A stretch of 63,986 bases of DNA, the filler included, from Ionaspis alba (taxonomy: Eukaryota): NCBI GenBank assembly GCA_964255285.1. It is 4 parts of 4 records of this genome, joined end to end, with 100 filler letters (N's around TTAATTAATTAA, not from the genome) between each part and the next. Parts side by side here need not be neighbours in the genome. Positions count along the whole stretch, not along the records: positions 49,419 to 63,986 come from CAXUUL010000414.1; 3 more parts are not named here. One strand, 5' to 3'. A model generated the notes under the pieces. That model was not told the origin of the DNA, did no database searches, and saw only the letters and a program-made list of their open reading frames with translations. Below, in pieces: positions 61,884-63,986 of the stretch. The position numbers and the translations under genes are program-made. Every line of letters starts with the position of its first letter. Position 1 is the first letter of the stretch.

Positions 61884-63986
61884 ATGAACTGGACAGGCGG
61901 ACGTCTTCAGCAATCTAAGCGTACTGGGACAACTCTTACCGCTAAGCAGAAAAGCTATTTCGCAAGTGCACGAGCAAAGCAGCGGCAGCACGGGAATACT
62001 ACAGTATCACCATTCAGACTTTCTGTCTTTGGTGAGACCAACCTGCAAACTTTGCCAGCACCAACTGTCTCGCAACGAAGGCTCGACGAGGTTCAGAATT
62101 TTGCTCCGACGGTGAGCCGACTTGACTCATTGGACACAAATAAGAGAAGGCGGCGCGACTCAAGCTCTGCATCCACACAAGATCATGCCGATTACTCTTC
62201 GCCTTTACCAGCTGTTCACCAACGAACAAGGTCGTCACAGTATGAGCGCAACGCCAGGCGCAGCTCTATTTCACCAATCACCGCCTGCGAGGGTGAAAGC
62301 TGCCCACCTTTCCCTAGCAGACGGCATCACAACAAGCACGAAGAGAATTTTCGGCCGGTCACAAATGACATGGACTCCAAGAGACTCAGCCTGCTTGCCA
62401 AACTCAATCAGAGCGAACACCCATCAGCAAAGCCGCTTCGCATCACCTTCCAGTCAGGAGAAGACAGAGATCGCATAGGCAGACGACGTAGATTGAGCAA
62501 AGCTGAATTAGAGCGTCGCATGGAACCTACGAAGAAGCGTCTTAAACCTACAATGATGCAAAGCCATCTGCGAAGAGCGCGTTCTTCCTCAGAGTTCAAT
62601 GGCTTTCCGTCTGATGAGCTCAGCTTACGCTTTGGGACTTCCATTCATGGCAGTCAAAGGACACTTCACCCAATGTATTCCAGTACCCACCGAAGCCAGC
62701 GATCAAGTCAAACTCCTATACGATATGTGAATGTACAACAGCAGCTAGGGCCAAATGGAGAGGTGTCTAGATCTAGTTCATACTCCGATGCCTGCATGCT
62801 CTTGGATGGAGACGACGAAGCAGTAGGACACCACATCCAGCACCCTCCAAGCATAAACCATCAGGACGAGACCCAGTCACGGCGCCAGCGTGTGGTTCGT
62901 CCTGGTCGACAGCGGTCGAACAGTGATGAGATGCTAGATGAAAACACTTGCCTGGATCTACACCGACTCAATCAGTCACCGGGATTCAACGGCGTAATAG
63001 CTCTAGAAATGGAGAATCCTGGCTTTGAGCAACAGGGAAATTCGGAACATGAACAAGAAGCCATCATCTCACAGTGCCGACCTCAGCATACTGAGTCGAT
63101 TCATCCGACCTCACGTCTCATTTTCAAGTCTACACCACAGCCGTTTCTGCCTTCGAGCTCGAGTAACCACTCGCTATTCAACCGCTTCATTACCCAATCC
63201 GAAAGAAGCATTCAGGCTCAGGCAAGTGGATCTAATGAGCCTGTCCACGATGACGAGGACGAGGAGCCTTGGAGAGCATTCTTAGGTCTTGCAGAGTCTT
63301 CAGACACGAATGGAGACTCGAAGGTAGCACAACCAGCCCGTTCGAATGCCACCAGCAATGGGTACGATCATCACAAGATGGAAGTCAAGGTTCATGACGA
63401 TGCATCAGACGAATCGTCCTCGTGGGAAGGCTTGGAGACTCCAGAAAATGCTACGAAACTACCAACACCTGAAGAGGACGAGCCTGAAGTAGCAAACATT
63501 GCTCTTACAGTAACTAGTGGTATAGACAAGGTATCTGGGACAGCGCTACCTCGGATAGAAAACGATTTCAACCACAACCATACATCCAGCCCACCGGCAG
63601 CACCAACGGAGGACAAACAGTCCCCTCAAGTTCCGACAAAGCAACCGACACCTTTCCCTCACGAACCAAAGACATCCGAGAACGAAGCCTGGTACAACTA
63701 TGTCTTCTTCGACGAACCCTCCAACGACGACGAAGAGAATCTGCCTACCTTTTCCTCCCTCACCAACGAACCCGCCACCTCAACAACGCCCGCAATATCG
63801 ACATCTGCGGCAGCAGATGCCGCCTCATCGCTTCCAGCTCAAGCATCCAGCTACTCACCCGCTCCACCACCTTTTCCTCTGAACCATTCCCACGGTCGTC
63901 CATCGCGAGCACGTCCTTACGGAGCTGACAACGGGACACCCCTGTCTACGAGTTCGGTACCGTCCTCGACAAGAGCGGTCGCGAAT
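61884..63986 (+). CDS. Large disordered protein with N-terminal MNWTGG motif (HEIP1/REDIC1-like); runs off the window end
   Basis: No stop found in this frame from ATG 61884 to the window end, so it is absent from the ORF track. MNWTGGRLQQSKRTGTTLTAKQKSYFASARAK; KRLSLL...KPLRITF...DRDRIGRRRR; acidic DEEPWRAFL and ENEAWYNYVF motifs. Confidence 0.75.
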   Translation, partial: MNWTGGRLQQSKRTGTTLTAKQKSYFASARAKQRQHGNTTVSPFRLSVFGETNLQTLPAPTVSQRRLDEVQNFAPTVSRLDSLDTNKRRRRDSSSASTQDHADYSSPLPAVHQRTRSSQYERNARRSSISPITACEGESCPPFPSRRHHNKHEENFRPVTNDMDSKRLSLLAKLNQSEHPSAKPLRITFQSGEDRDRIGRRRRLSKAELERRMEPTKKRLKPTMMQSHLRRARSSSEFNGFPSDELSLRFGTSIHGSQRTLHPMYSSTHRSQRSSQTPIRYVNVQQQLGPNGEVSRSSSYSDACMLLDGDDEAVGHHIQHPPSINHQDETQSRRQRVVRPGRQRSNSDEMLDENTCLDLHRLNQSPGFNGVIALEMENPGFEQQGNSEHEQEAIISQCRPQHTESIHPTSRLIFKSTPQPFLPSSSSNHSLFNRFITQSERSIQAQASGSNEPVHDDEDEEPWRAFLGLAESSDTNGDSKVAQPARSNATSNGYDHHKMEVKVHDDASDESSSWEGLETPENATKLPTPEEDEPEVANIALTVTSGIDKVSGTALPRIENDFNHNHTSSPPAAPTEDKQSPQVPTKQPTPFPHEPKTSENEAWYNYVFFDEPSNDDEENLPTFSSLTNEPATSTTPAISTSAAADAASSLPAQASSYSPAPPPFPLNHSHGRPSRARPYGADNGTPLSTSSVPSSTRAVAN

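Overview
Intron-rich genomic DNA from a filamentous ascomycete (Pezizomycotina): GT-AG introns with CTRAC branch points and about 50% GC by eye. The window is not one locus. Three artificial linkers (N44-TTAATTAATTAA-N44 at 16503-16602, 32948-33047 and 49319-49418) join four unrelated scaffolds, the two complete ones about 16.3 kb each, and there are seven 100-N gaps. Gene neighbourhoods across the linkers therefore mean nothing. Scaffold 1: SPC24 (partial), LSB6 type II PI4-kinase, a RAD5/HLTF-type SNF2 helicase with a GC-AG intron, MED21, RRG7, a membrane protein, a 3-exon hydrophobin that the ORF track mostly misses, and an AAA ATPase. Scaffold 2: a Dal5/Tna1-family MFS transporter (partial), an F-box-like protein, CCP1, a repeat (beta-propeller-like) protein, a Pro/Arg-rich orphan, a GPI cell-wall protein and an F-box-like pseudogene. 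Scaffold 3: a long noncoding stretch, a coiled-coil protein, mL50, a cupin, a small hydrophilic protein, a Cys-containing membrane protein, COX14-like, DUF2458-like and TMEM135-like genes, and a partial Cys-rich protein. Scaffold 4: URB2, an NCS1 uracil-type permease, an AslA/Cos1-like C2H2 transcription factor, and a long ORF absent from the ORF track whose N-terminus (MNWTGG...QKSYF) resembles the meiotic pro-crossover factor HEIP1/REDIC1. I found no transposon, tRNA, rRNA, CRISPR array or biosynthetic cluster, and I cannot support a claim of a new multi-gene system. The best leads are single genes. Family assignments come from recalled motifs, not database searches.
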